NCBI RefSeq assembly: GCF_009914755.1
Contig: NC_060932.1
DNA length: 64,000 nucleotides
Source: the human T2T-CHM13v2.0 reference genome, Homo sapiens
Direction: 5' to 3' (one strand)
Made by a program: the position numbers and the translations under genes. Each line of letters begins with the position of its first letter. The stretch's first letter is position 1. The notes beneath the pieces are model-generated. The model was not told the DNA's origin, did not search any database, and saw nothing but the letters and a program-made list of their open reading frames with translations. Positions 1-13,255 of the stretch are shown here, one piece after another.

Positions 1-444
1 TATATTTGACAAGAACTTCAAAAAAGAATGTATTTTTAGGGGCTTTTACAGGCCACTTACTGCTGGTGCAGATTTAGGAATCAGACATTGTCTTAAGCCA
101 GGCTTGTAGTGTCATTGGCAAGCAAGTCCCTCAAACACTTGATAGAGTTGAGATTTGTTTCCAGTTAACTCCATGTGCGAATTATCACAGGCAAAGTTAT
201 CATCTAGCCACAACTTTTTCAACCTCAGTACACGTACTGGCCTCTGTATTGCACTCATTCCACTCCATCCCAACTCTCTTGAGGTTCTCTAAAAGTACAA
301 TTTTGGCTAGTGTTTTAGGCTAGGTCTTCCCTACACCCAACACAGAGCCCAAGATTTTTCTTATGTTCAAGTAGCTTATTTGGAAATCTGTTTGCAAAGT
401 GCAAACATGAGAGATTGGAAATTGAATAGGGAAGGAAGAAAAGA

Positions 445-512
445 CAGATACACAGATAGATATAGATGTATATCCTATTAGTTTTGTTTCCTTGGAAACC
501 CTGACTAATACA
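445..512 (+). mobile_element. MLT2-type (ERVL) LTR 3' end fragment
   Basis: tatatcctattagttttgtttccttggaaaccctgactaataca resembles the recalled MLT2 terminal sequence ending in ...ctgactaataca. Confidence 0.5.
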
Positions 513-1189
513 GGTACTAACAGGCAAAGTGAGTTAAATCTTACACAGAAAGGCTGGAATCAGAAGTCAAGTTAGGAGGAGGTGAAGCACCTGCAGAGGT
601 GTTGTCACAATGGTAAAGTACTATCCTTAATCTGATCTTTGCTGCTGAATTAGCTCCCATTGTCTTGTCTTAACTTTTAAAGGAAAATGCTTGAAAAAGT
701 TTTTAGGCCACAGTGATATTTCCTACAAAGACTACTGTTTTGTAGCCATGGCATGTAACTGCTTCCATTCCACGTAGCATAACAGTCAGATTTTTGTGCC
801 CTGAATGGTCCTGACTTATCATACTCTCAATCAGTTTCAATTACAGGCTGCAGGCAGATAGCACCTCCTTTTATCAAAGCAATATTCCCTTTCATCTCCG
901 CTTGCAGGTTGGCTAGCTCTAGCCTGAGTTCATCTCACTTCTGAAGAACTTGTTTCAAACAATAAGAAACAGCAAGACAACAGCTTTCTGAAGATTTCCT
1001 TCCATATAGGGAATAAGAGTTAAATAAGCCCATTGCTATCCTTTAAAATGTGAGAAGCAATAGTTTTACTAACAACTTTGCCACAGCGTAACAAATATCA
1101 CGAATTCTTCAAAACACTGTATGAGTTACATAGGGCAGGGCCTATACGTAAAGAGAAGAGGTCTAATGTTTGGAAGAGGAGAACTAACT

Positions 1190-1395
1190 AATACAGGAGC
1201 CCCAGATGAAGTGATTAGTGAAGTCAGAGGGAAACTAAAAGAGAGTGGCATCGAAGTGATAGGTATCAAGTGCTTCAAGGAGGGAGAAAGTGACTGTGCC
1301 AAATGCTTATAACAGGTTGGAAAGTGAGTTCTTAGAGCTGACTACCAGGTTCAGCAATGAGATAGCCATGAGTGACAACGATGGGAAATGCTTCT
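1190..1395 (-). mobile_element. L2 LINE fragment
   Basis: Diverged similarity to antisense L2 (tgccaaatgct...ctgactaccaggttcagcaatgagatagccatgagtgac). Confidence 0.45.
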
Positions 1396-3019
1396 TATGA
1401 AAGTAGATTCCTAGGCTCCTTGTTTTTTAGGGGATATTCATTAATCCCATGGAAACTTTCTACACTGTCTCCTGAAATATAACAAAAAGAGTCCTTGCTT
1501 TTCAGCATAATTTGAAACAAACACTTCTACTAATAAGACTAGTAAAAAAGAAAAAAAAGGCCAATATTAAACCTAATGGCATTATTTACTCAAAATATAA
1601 CTTCAAAAGACCTATATGTGTAAAATAAACTATTGCTAAAAGAGACATTTTTTAAATCAAATATTTGCCAATAACAGGAAAGGGCATCAAGTTTTAATTC
1701 TTAAAATTATAAAATCATTAATATAATCTAGTTTAATGAACCAAGTCAATATTTAGAAAACAGAAATTTTAGTAATAAATAATGTTAACTTTATGAAGAA
1801 AGTCAAGCAAACATGAAACTAAATTCTGATTTTCTAATATTCCTCTAAGTAGCTCAAGAATATTGTGCTATTCACAATTTTTCCTTTAATCAAAAACTAA
1901 AAATAATTATCATCACTCAGTATTTGGAGAGGAGGGAAGGGAAATGTGTTGGGAGACTAATCAAAGAACTGAGGATTGGATACCTTGTTGACATTGTATA
2001 CATATATAACTCTATATTACATTTATATAATTACATATATTATGAAAAATTATGGTAGACTTTGAATTGGGCCATTAAATGAGTATGATTTAAGCAGTTA
2101 GTAGATCTGCCCTACTACATGCAAATAACTTCCCTGGTCTCTCTACTCTTTTTATGTAAAGGACAGACCAGTTTTTCCAAGGGGAATTCTTAAACTCATT
2201 AGATATGTGGTATTCATTATAATTAGTTTCACTTAACACCACAAAAAGGACTTGTTCACAGGCTATTTTACCCTCTTCTTCCTCTCTAGTTGATTAGCTG
2301 TGTTCATTTTTAAATGGAAGATATACTCTAGATATTTAAATGTAGGGCATCTCTCCCTTTCAAATCTCAGAAAGAAAGGCATGCTTCAGTTTCTGTATGG
2401 AGAGCTCTGATATCCTGTCCCTCTTGTGAAGGAGGAAGGAATGCCGCTTCCCCTATTCTTCTTTGTCTTCCTCCTTTCAACAGCATTGAGCCTCTCTACG
2501 CTTTTTCAGATCAAAAGATAGTTTGTCTCATTCCAGGACATTCAATATTTATACTTTACAAAGTAAATGGAAAAGGATAATATTTAATAATAAAAATAGA
2601 ATAGTGATGGTATTAGTTCTTAAATAGTATAAAACGTAGATGCCTTACTACATCAGAAAGCCTTCTTAGGACTTAAGGTTCAATGAATGGCAGTTAATGA
2701 AAATGTTTTGGCAACTTGACGGTTTTACCAACAGGTTTTGATTCATGATGATGAATCTAGAGCATATACTGGTGCTAGGCATTGAAAATTAAATAATATC
2801 AAGACATTTTAAATTGCCTTATTTACATCTTAAAACTCACCTATAAAGGAAACTATACTTTTACAATTTATAACAAGAAAATCATGGAAACGTGCATATA
2901 TGCAAAGAAAATGTAATTACAATACCAACTAATGTTAACTAGTCACTTTGTTAATTGCCTCATGCGTACTCAGCCCTAACATGCATTTCTTTCATTAAAT
3001 CTGAATATTAATAATTTTA

Positions 3020-3160
3020 ACATGTCCATTTTATAAATGAAGAAATTAAGGCATAGAGAGATAAATGATTCACCTAAGGTCACCTTGTAAGGAGCAAAGT
3101 TAGACTCAACCCAGATGTCTAATTCTAATTCCCATGCTTTTAATCACTATGATACACTGC
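3020..3160 (-). mobile_element. MIR SINE
   Basis: Antisense MIR core: ccattttataaatgaagaaattaaggcatagagag...aaggtcac...atgcttttaatcactatg. Confidence 0.75.
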
Positions 3161-3426
3161 AGTTGATTAAAGTTAGAATTTGAATTTGAAAACTTAGATT
3201 CCAGTTTCTAGTGTGACTACATCACCATGCATTCATGTTCCAGGAAAAAAAATTAATATGTACTGACATTAATGACAATATTACTTTAGAGGAACGTTCC
3301 AGAGAAAAAGAATACTATCCAAATGTATTTTTAAAGCTTATTTTTTTGGGGTTTGACTTTGTTTCCTAAGTTTATCACACTAGAATAAAAGGAAAAACAA
3401 AAACTAAAAAATTAACAATCATGGGT

Positions 3427-3470
3427 TGTGTGTGTGTGTGCATGTGTGTGTGTGTGTGTGTGTATGTATG
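3427..3470. repeat. Interrupted (TG)n microsatellite
   Basis: Read directly. It is followed by a 16-bp direct repeat caagaaaagacaagat (3475-3490, 3494-3509). Confidence 0.95.
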
Positions 3471-4709
3471 CTTACAAGAAAAGACAAGATTTGCAAGAAA
3501 AGACAAGATCTAAGTTTGCATTTGTGCAAATAGTAAATACCTGGAAAACCAGCGATCTCCAGTACAATTAACTACCACTTTCCTTTTGTTATGAATCAAA
3601 CTGAGTGTATTTAAAATTTACTGCATTTCAATTGAGGAAAGTATGTCTATGTTAGAATATTTATGAATGTAAAGTATGTTCATTCAGAAAATTTAGTAAA
3701 TATCAAAAAATAAAGAAAATAAAAATTATCTCTTAATGTCCACAATACATGCTATTATTGCCAACATATCATATATACTTGTATGTATAAACATACATAT
3801 ACATAAATGATACATGTACATATTATACATTATAAATATATATTTATATTTTTAGATATTAAAGTTTTATATACTTATATATATTAAAATCATATTTATT
3901 GTGATTTATCTTATTTTTAGGATATTATTAGATGTGATTTTTTAAATTTCTATGTAAGAAATCACTTTTAGAGATGACTTTTAATAACTCCTATATACGA
4001 TCTAGTTATGAGCCCTCATGAAGATGTGTTTCAAATGGGAAAAAATAAAATTTTCTAACTAAATACCTGTGGTATAGATCCCAAGGAAAATAAAATAGTC
4101 AGTGGCTCTTGATCCACAGGAGCAAATGCCTAAAGAGCTCTAATTTTTTAGGTTGGTTGAGCCATGGACAATGGTTATCTGTGGGAATAAATTATGTGAA
4201 CACTAAGAATTGCAACGCTGCGAGTCCAGTGAACCTTGGTCATTCGATAAGAGATAAGCAAAACTCTGGAAGCTCAATGTGGTGGGTGCACAAAGATCTG
4301 GATCAACAGGGGGGTCTCAATCAGTGGATAGCATTACCTAACTGGTGTGGAAGACCATATGTCTGCAGCTACCAATGTGGTATCAATAAGCAGTGACAGG
4401 AAGGACCTGATCAGAGTTCATCCTTGTCACACTTAAGCAAATGTTGGCCTGCTACCCTCTTGAAATGCATAAAGTCCAGAGTTTCAAAATCATTCAGAAG
4501 AGAAGGTTTCCACAAGAGAGGAATATTGACATACACAATCTGGCAAATAGGAACCTGAGTTCATTTTAATGTGAAAAACAAAAGATACATGATGGTATTG
4601 CCCTCTCAAGTTAATGAACAGTTCAGAAAACTTATCATATAATGCTTTCACTAATATCATTTTTAAGAAAATTTTGCTACATTTTGATATTAAAAAGTAT
4701 CTGTTAGTC

Positions 4710-5478
4710 TACACTTTATTGGTGGTAATGTAAAGTAGCAGAGCCTTTATGGAAGACAGTATGGAAGTTCCTCAGAAAAGTAAAAATAAAACTACCATAT
4801 GATCCAGCAATTCCACTGCTGGGCTTAGATCCAAAAGAAAGGAGACCAGCATATTAAAGAGATGCCTGCACACTCATGTTTATTGCAGCAAGATATTCAC
4901 AATAGTCAAGGTATGGAATCAACTTAAGTGGCCATCAATAGATGAATGAATAAAGACAATGTGGTATATCTACACAATGGAATACCATTCCACCATTAAA
5001 AAAGAATGAAATTACATCATTTGCTACAACATGGATAGAACTGGAAGACATTATGCTAAGTGAAATAAGCCAGGTACAGAAAGACAAATATTGCATGTTC
5101 TTACTCAAATGTGGGAGCAAAAGAAATGGTATCATGGAGGTAGAGAGTAAGAATGGTGTTTAACCAGAGTCTGGGAAGGGAACAGCAAAGGAAGGAATAA
5201 AAATAAGTTGGTTAAGGAATACAAAAATACAGTTAGATAAAGAAATATAGTCCAGTATTTAATAATATAGAAGGGAAATTTTAGTTAATAATTTATCGTA
5301 TATTTCAAAATAGCTAGAAGTGAAGAACTGTAATTTTTCTGACACAAATAAAAGTTAAATGTTTGAGGTGATGGATATCCCAGTTCCTCTGATTTGATCG
5401 TTGTACATTGTACACAGGTATCAAAATATCACATATACCCCAAAGTTATGTACAACAATTACATATCAACCTAAAATT
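4710..5478 (+). mobile_element. L1MA-family LINE-1 3' end (ORF2 C-terminal remnant plus 3'UTR)
   Basis: ccatatgatccagcaattccactgctggg, gacattatgctaagtgaaataagccagg, and an L1MA-type 3'UTR (tttcaaaatagctagaag...gaggtgatggatatccc). Confidence 0.85.
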
Positions 5479-5529
5479 CTACATTTTATTACTTATATGA
5501 GCTGCTGAGGAGGACACAAACTGACTAAC

Positions 5530-6150
5530 GAATGACTGAAGGGGTGGTAACCTATTTCAGAAAAGGTGGCAGCAAAGGCCTTTAGGAGGAGGTGACATTA
5601 AAGCTGAAACAAAAGAGTAAGAAGCAAGATAAAGAGAAGGAATAAGAACATTACATGAAAAAACTAGCTACTAAAAAGCCCTGCAATGGGAAATCTTAGA
5701 GCGTATCTGGGTAAATAATCAAATACCCGCATGAAGGAAATGCAGACAAGATGCAGTTGGGAGGATTGATAGGGGCTAAAATCTACAAGGCTAAGGATTC
5801 TGATTTTATTTTAGATGCAAGTGAAAGCCATTAAATAGTTTTGAAAGAAAATAGTTGAAATGGTCAGATTTGTATGGTACATTACATAAAAATTTCTCAA
5901 AGTAGAACAAGGGAGAAATTGTGGTAGCATAGACTAAGATGATGACCATGAAAATGAAGAGAAATAAGAACATATATATTAGATATATATATATATATAC
6001 ACTTGAATATAGATTATAGAGAACTCACTGATGTATTCTACGTTAAATGAAAAATGAAAAAAAATAAAGAATAAAGCCTTATTCCTAGGTTTTGCTTTGA
6101 GTCAGTATACAGATCATGATGTCATTCATTGAGAGAGAAAAGATTTGCAG
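5530..6150 (-). mobile_element. L2 LINE fragment
   Basis: Antisense L2 motifs: gaggaggtgacattaaagctga, gattttattttagatgcaagtgaaagccatt, gatgtcattcattgaga. Confidence 0.6.
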
Positions 6151-6692
6151 AATATCAAATGATATAGAGTGATCACCACAATACCTTAAAGACAAAGTAT
6201 ATATGAGTATCTACAAATATATCACCTCCCATGTAACAAAAAAAGGAAATGTAAGAAAATGGACATGTATCTGCTCATTTGTGCAAAAAGAAATGTAGAA
6301 AGGTAAACCAGAAATTAGTGCAATTGATTATCTACAGGAAGCTGACAGAAACTGGGCAGAAAGAAGAGTAGAATGAGAATGGAGTAGAAGGGATGAAAAG
6401 GAATGACATTTCTATTAGTATGCCTTTTTGTATAATCCTGAGATTAAAAAAATGGAAAATCGTACATTTCCAGGTAAATATTTAAAATCAAGCAGGATTT
6501 GGAAAGATCTCAAAATGGAACACAAACCATGACAAATTAGCCTAACTTGATTACAAACAAATAACAAAATTACATTGAAGTGCAGAAAAACTAACCTAAA
6601 CTTTAGGAAACAGTGTCTTGACAATACACTTTTGAGCTTACACATACTGTAAGGCTAAAGACAAAAAGAATTGTACACAAATATTGTACTTG

Positions 6693-7068
6693 TGTGTTAA
6701 TCCATTTTCACACTGCTATAAAGAACTACCTGAGACTGGGTAATTTATGAAGAAAAGAGGATTAATTGACTGAAAGTGCCGCAGGCTATACAGGAAGCAT
6801 GCTGGGAGAAATCAGGAAATTTCCAATCATGGCAGAAGGATGATGAGGAAGAAAGCACCCTCTCCACATGGTGGCAGGAGGCAGAGAGAGAGCAAGGAAG
6901 TTCTACACACCTTTAAACAACAAGATCTCATGAGAACTCACTATCACAAGAATGGCTGGGGGAAATCTGCCCCCATGAGCCAATCACCTAACACCAGCTC
7001 CCTCCCTAACACTGAGAATTACAATTCAACATGCAATTTGGATGGGGACACAGAGCCAAACCATATCA
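6693..7068 (-). mobile_element. MSTA-like MaLR solo LTR
   Basis: Full LTR tgtgttaatccattttcacactgctataaag...gagccaaaccatatca, with a near 5-bp TSD acttg/actta. Confidence 0.9.
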
Positions 7069-7180
7069 ACTTATTAATTTTTTTCACAATTCTTAAATTA
7101 TTATGTGTATTCTAGGACTAAACAAGTAAGTAAATAGAATGTGGATCATGAGAATCCATTTCTCACTGTTAAAGAAAGAA

Positions 7181-8208
<1,028 letters not shown>

Positions 8209-9375
8209 AAAAATTAACTCAAGATGGATTAAAGACTTAAACATAAGACCTAAACCCATAAAAAACCCTAGAAGAAAACCGAGGCAATAGCATTCAGGAC
8301 ATAGGCATGGGCAAAGACTTCATGACTAAAACACCAAAAGCAATGGCAACAAAAGCCAAAATGGACAAACGGGATCTAATTAAACCAAAGAGCTTCTGCA
8401 CAGCAAAAGAAACTATCATCAGAATGAACAGGCAACCTACAGAATGGGAGAAAATTTTTGCAATCTATCCATCTAACAAAGGGCTAATATCCAGAATCTA
8501 CAAGAAATGTAAACAAATTTACAAGAAAAAGCAAGCAAGCCCATCAAAAAGTGGGCACGGATATGAACAAACACTTCTCAAAAGAAGACATTTATGCGGC
8601 CAACAGACATGAAGAAAAGCACATCATCACTGGTCATTACAGAAATGCAAATGAAAACCACAATGGGATACTATCTCATGCCAGTTAGAATGACGATCAT
8701 TAAAAAGTCAGGAAACAACAGATGCTGGAGAGGATGTGGAGAAATAGGAATGCTTTTACATTGTTGGTGGGAGTATAAATTAGTTCAACCATTGTGGAAG
8801 ACAGTGTGGCAATTCCTCAGGGATCTAGAACTAGAAATACCATTTGACCCAGCAATCCCATTACTGGGTATATACCCAAAGGCTTATACATCATTCTACT
8901 ATAAAGACACATGCACACATATGTTTATTGCAGCACTATTCACAATAGCAAAGACTTGCAATCAACCCAAATGCCCATCAGTGATAGACTGGATAAAGAA
9001 AATGTGGCACATATACACCATGGAATACTATGCAGCCATAAAAAAGGATGAGTTCATGTCCTTTGCAGGGACATGGATGAAGCTGGAAACCATCACTCTC
9101 AGCAAACTAACACAGGAACAGAAAACCAAACACCGCATGTTCTCACTCATAAGTGAGACTTGAACAATGAGAACATATGGACACAGAGAGGGGAACATCA
9201 CACACCATGGCCTGTCGAGGGGTGAGGGGCTGGGGAACGGATAGCATTAGGAGAAATACCTAATGTAGATGAGCGGTTGATGGGTGCAGCAAACATCCAT
9301 GGCACATGTATACCTATGTAACAAACCTGCACATTCTGCACATACATCCCAGAACTTAAAGTATAATAAAACAAG
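8209..9375 (+). mobile_element. Sense 3' segment of the same L1PA (L1PA7-like): ORF2 C-terminus, 3'UTR and A-rich tail
   Basis: ORF 8594-9163 ([29 protein letters not shown]). 3'UTR ends cccagaacttaaagtataataaa. aaagaaagaa flanks both ends (7171-7180, 9376-9385). Confidence 0.95.
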
Positions 9376-9619
9376 AAAGAAAGAAAATAAGAAGTTACAA
9401 ATAAAGAAAGAGTGAGAGAGGAGGGAAAAATAAACCCTGAGTTGGACTGGAATCCAGATATAAGTTTGAACTCATACTTTTATACAGATAATCATACAGA
9501 TATCTATATATAAACATACATTCATATAAATAAATATAAAAACAGATGTTTATGTGTATATGTTAGTTTTGTCTGCAATTAGGTAACCTGGTTAGTAATG
9601 AATATAATTCATGCCAAGA

Positions 9620-9664
9620 TGCTGGGGCTATGGGCTACAGGTGTGTGCCACTACATCTAGCTAA

Positions 9665-9696
<32 letters not shown>

Positions 9697-9823
9697 TTTT
9701 GTATAGACGGGGTTTCGCCATGTTGCTCAGGCTGGTCTCAAACTTCGGGACTCAAGCGATTTTCCCACCTCGACCTCCAAAAGTGCTGGGATTATTTATA
9801 GGCCTGATCCACCATGCCCAGCC
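9620..9823 (-). mobile_element. Partial AluJ (3' part and poly-A missing)
   Basis: ggtttcgccatgttgctcaggctggtctcaaac...ctcaagcgat...ccatgcccagcc. The element breaks off inside the right arm. Confidence 0.85.
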
Positions 9824-11984
9824 TGTAATTACTATTATATAGTTCAAGGAACCAGAACACCTTGGAGAAATAATGGATTAAGAACTGGGACAGGGAAAGT
9901 AAAAGATAGGACTGGAGCATTTTCTGGTGCAAGAAAGGAAAGTACTACTCAAAAAATTGTATGGCCCTGTAAAAAAAAACACACAGGAGATGATTTGAAG
10001 GAGTCCAATGATCAAATCTGGAACAATTTGAGCAATGATGTAATTAATAATTGTAATTGATTTTAACACAGAGAATAAAATAAATATCCATAAGTATACA
10101 CTGATATAAATAATATGCAAATGAGGGGAAAGGAACAGTGCTTCCTTACAGTTAAATTAATAACTGTTGAAGGAATTATGAGAATAGAAAATGACCATTT
10201 GTGAAACAACAAAGTAACTGGTAGAAACAGGAATTATTGGCAGTTGCTAAAATTGGTATGGGAGGATGAAACAAGAAATAGAATAATCAAGCAATCCAAA
10301 ATTATCTCCCCAGAAAAATGCATATTAAATGGTAAAATAATAATTTTGCTGCTATCCTTATAAACAAGTCATCCAAGTTAATACCACCCAGTAATAAGAC
10401 ATTTCTTGTATTCCCTAATATGGCACACTGAGAAGGGCATAACATCCTTTGGTGCTCCTGCCAGTTATCACATAACCTCAGTCTAACCATGAGAACATAT
10501 CAAACGAACTCAAAGTGAATGAGATTCTACAAAATAACTGCCTAGGATTCTCCATAAACTCAAGGTCATGAAAGACTGAAAAACTATCCTAGATTGAAGG
10601 AGAATGAGGAGGTATAGCAAATACTGAGATAAGTGAACCTGGATATGAACCTAGACCAAGAGACAGTAGGCAGTATTTGAGTATAGTCTGTAAAGCAGTT
10701 AGCAGAATGGTATCAGTGCAAATTTTCTGACTTCCATAATTGTACTGTGGTTATGTAAAATATAAACACTTGAGAAAGCTGAGTAAAGGCTATATGGGAA
10801 CTCATGCCTTTATGTATGAAGTGTTTTGGTAAATTAAGCTTAATAATACAGTTGGTAAAAACTTAGTTTGAAAATTTCTGAACCTCTTTTAATTTCTTAT
10901 GAAGAGAAGCATCCTGTTTAGGAATATTACAAATGTGATGTAGAAGATAATATTTACAAAAGATTCAAAAGGTGTGGCAGAGGAAAATGTCAGCTTTGAA
11001 TGATGGCTTTTCAAAACCTTATACAATTAAGTGTCATGATGAGTGGAATGCATGAACTACACGAATTTATGAGGAGTTAGAAAACCATAGAATTTTCTCA
11101 CTGTAAAGACCCTTAGAATTTACTTTCTCAACTTCTTAGCTTCAATCTCTGCTGAAATATTAAGAGACAGGGAGTTTATAATTTTAAAATGTGGTCTATT
11201 TTATTTCCTGAAAGGTTCCAATCATTAAAATGTTCATCCTTTTATGAACTTAAGCCTGGCTCACTGGTCTAACTTCTTCTGTTTGAAATAGCCTAACCCT
11301 TTTTTCAAAGGACAATGCCTCAAATATTTTAGAGCTGCCACCTAGTTCCCATCTGGTCTTGTCTCATTTCATCTATTCCCAGTTCCTTTAGCTATTTCTC
11401 ATTTATTTTAGATTCCAGACACATTATGGCATTGATTACTCTCTTTAGCATAACAACTCATTTGTCAGATATGGTATTTTAAAACTGAAAGAGGTTGTTT
11501 ATTGTTATCTGTAGAAAATTCAAACATAGTATCTCCAATCAGGCAATAATTCTTCACCTAAAATGATTCATATACACCAGTTGACAAATAAAATAAAAAA
11601 ATCCCAAAGGGTTTTATTCCTAAAGAGTTACAGTGTGCAGGTAATGTCAATTTTCTTTCCATGCATCAACAACATTGCCCTGTCACAAAGGAGAAGGGAA
11701 CACTCCATTGATGTTGCCTAAGTGTGTTAGTATAAATATCGTACTATGAACTGGAAGTTAGATATTAGAAAGGATTCTTTTTTTGCCATAATACATGCAT
11801 AATACAATTTTCCCTATTCTTTGAGCATTTCTCATCTTAATTACTCATCCATAAGCCCTTAAGCATGTTCCCTAACCTGCATCATAAATGTCAAAGTGGA
11901 CTACTTTGCTTTGCTTTTTATGAAATTATTATGCTTACTAACCAGTATTTGAGCTCTTCCTATGGACAAATCATTCTAGCTAGC

Positions 11985-12180
11985 AAAGTGCAGAGGTTCA
12001 GAGCATAAAGTTTAAAGTGTAACACCTAGGCTCAAGCAAGTAACTTAATCTAACTAAGGTCTCATTTTCTTGTGTGTGAAGTGAGAATAATTGTAATATA
12101 AAGTGGATGGTAAAAAACATTTAGGTACTATATATTAAGAGCTTATTTGACTTGTGGCAGTAAGTATGTATGTACTAGTG
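11985..12180 (+). mobile_element. MIR SINE
   Basis: gcaagtaacttaatctaactaaggtctcattttcttgtgtgtgaagtgagaataat resembles the MIR core. Confidence 0.6.
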
Positions 12181-12185
12181 CCAGC

Positions 12186-12222
<37 letters not shown>

Positions 12223-12243
12223 GGATGATGATGATGATGATGA
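12186..12243. repeat. (GAT)11 GAG (GAT)6 trinucleotide microsatellite
   Basis: Counted directly. Confidence 0.95.
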
Positions 12244-12309
12244 AGTTACCAGCAGGTGTACACAATAAGAACTGGTGACTAAGCCACAAGATTACCTCTG
12301 TGTATATTT

Positions 12310-12625
12310 CCTTCCTCAGGCTAAACTCCTCTGCTTTCTATCCCTTGGCTCCAACTCTTCAACTATTAAACACTTCACAAGGCAGCTTAGGTCCTCTCTT
12401 CTATGATGCTTTCCTTAACTACTCTTCTAGAATTAACTTAAAATGTGTTGTGTATACTCATATTATGTACAAAACTCTGCAGCAAAATTTATAACACTTT
12501 ATTGCAATTGGTTTGTTCCCCATCGGATTGCAACTATTTTGAGGAAAGAAACTGGGTCTTATCCCTGGAATATAAAGTAGTTCCAAGCACACAGTAAGTG
12601 ATCAATAGATAATGTTTTATAAATA
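12310..12625 (+). mobile_element. L2 3' end
   Basis: gattgcaactattttgaggaaagaaactgggtctt...gcacacagtaagtgatcaata resembles the L2 tail. Confidence 0.6.
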
Positions 12626-13221
12626 AAATAGTAAATAAAAATTACTGATTGTTTTATGCTACTTCTTGCTCTCTAGGAGCCAAGTCACAAATGCTTAGTT
12701 AAGTGCATTAAAGATATTTTTTCTAATATGGTATAGAAAACTATTAATAAAACGTCAGACTTATTGATGTATGCACAATATCAAGGATGGGATTTCTCAT
12801 AATTTGTATAATTCCACATGCAACCCTAGCAAGTGAAGATTAATCAATTGCGGGCTGCCTTGTATTTATATTTATATAATCTCAAGCTAATTTAAAGAAA
12901 GCCATCATATCCTACTAAGTTGAAAAGTTTGAGACTTTTAATGTAAAATAATGGTGAGACTAGCTTTTTTAATTCTGTATTCTCTTATTATAAGATAATA
13001 TTAACATTTTAACTTATTTGACTATCATCATTTCCAAATTCAGTTAGTGGGGACCTTAACATAATAGCAAATTTGAAAACTAACAGAAGAGAGGTAAATG
13101 TCCAATGATTTGAACCTCTTTTGGTTAGTCTCCACATTTCTTTAAAAATAATTCCCGTTTACGACAATATCTACACTTTCAGTCTTTTTTCCTACTAAAA
13201 ACAAGAAAAAAAAAATAATGT

Positions 13222-13255
13222 TGACAGTTCCGAAATCATCCACAAGGGGGCAAAC
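13222..13255 (+). promoter_or_regulatory. Candidate CTCF site with upstream (ZF9-11) module
   Basis: Core CCACAAGGGGGCA (13240-13252), preceded by CAGTTCC (13225-13231) 8 nt before the CC, which is the spacing of the extended CTCF motif. Confidence 0.65.

Noticed and set aside
4080-4500. 95-aa ORF in a mildly GC-richer patch
   Set aside because: Non-ATG start, no recognisable domain or splice context; possibly a decayed ERV internal fragment but not assignable
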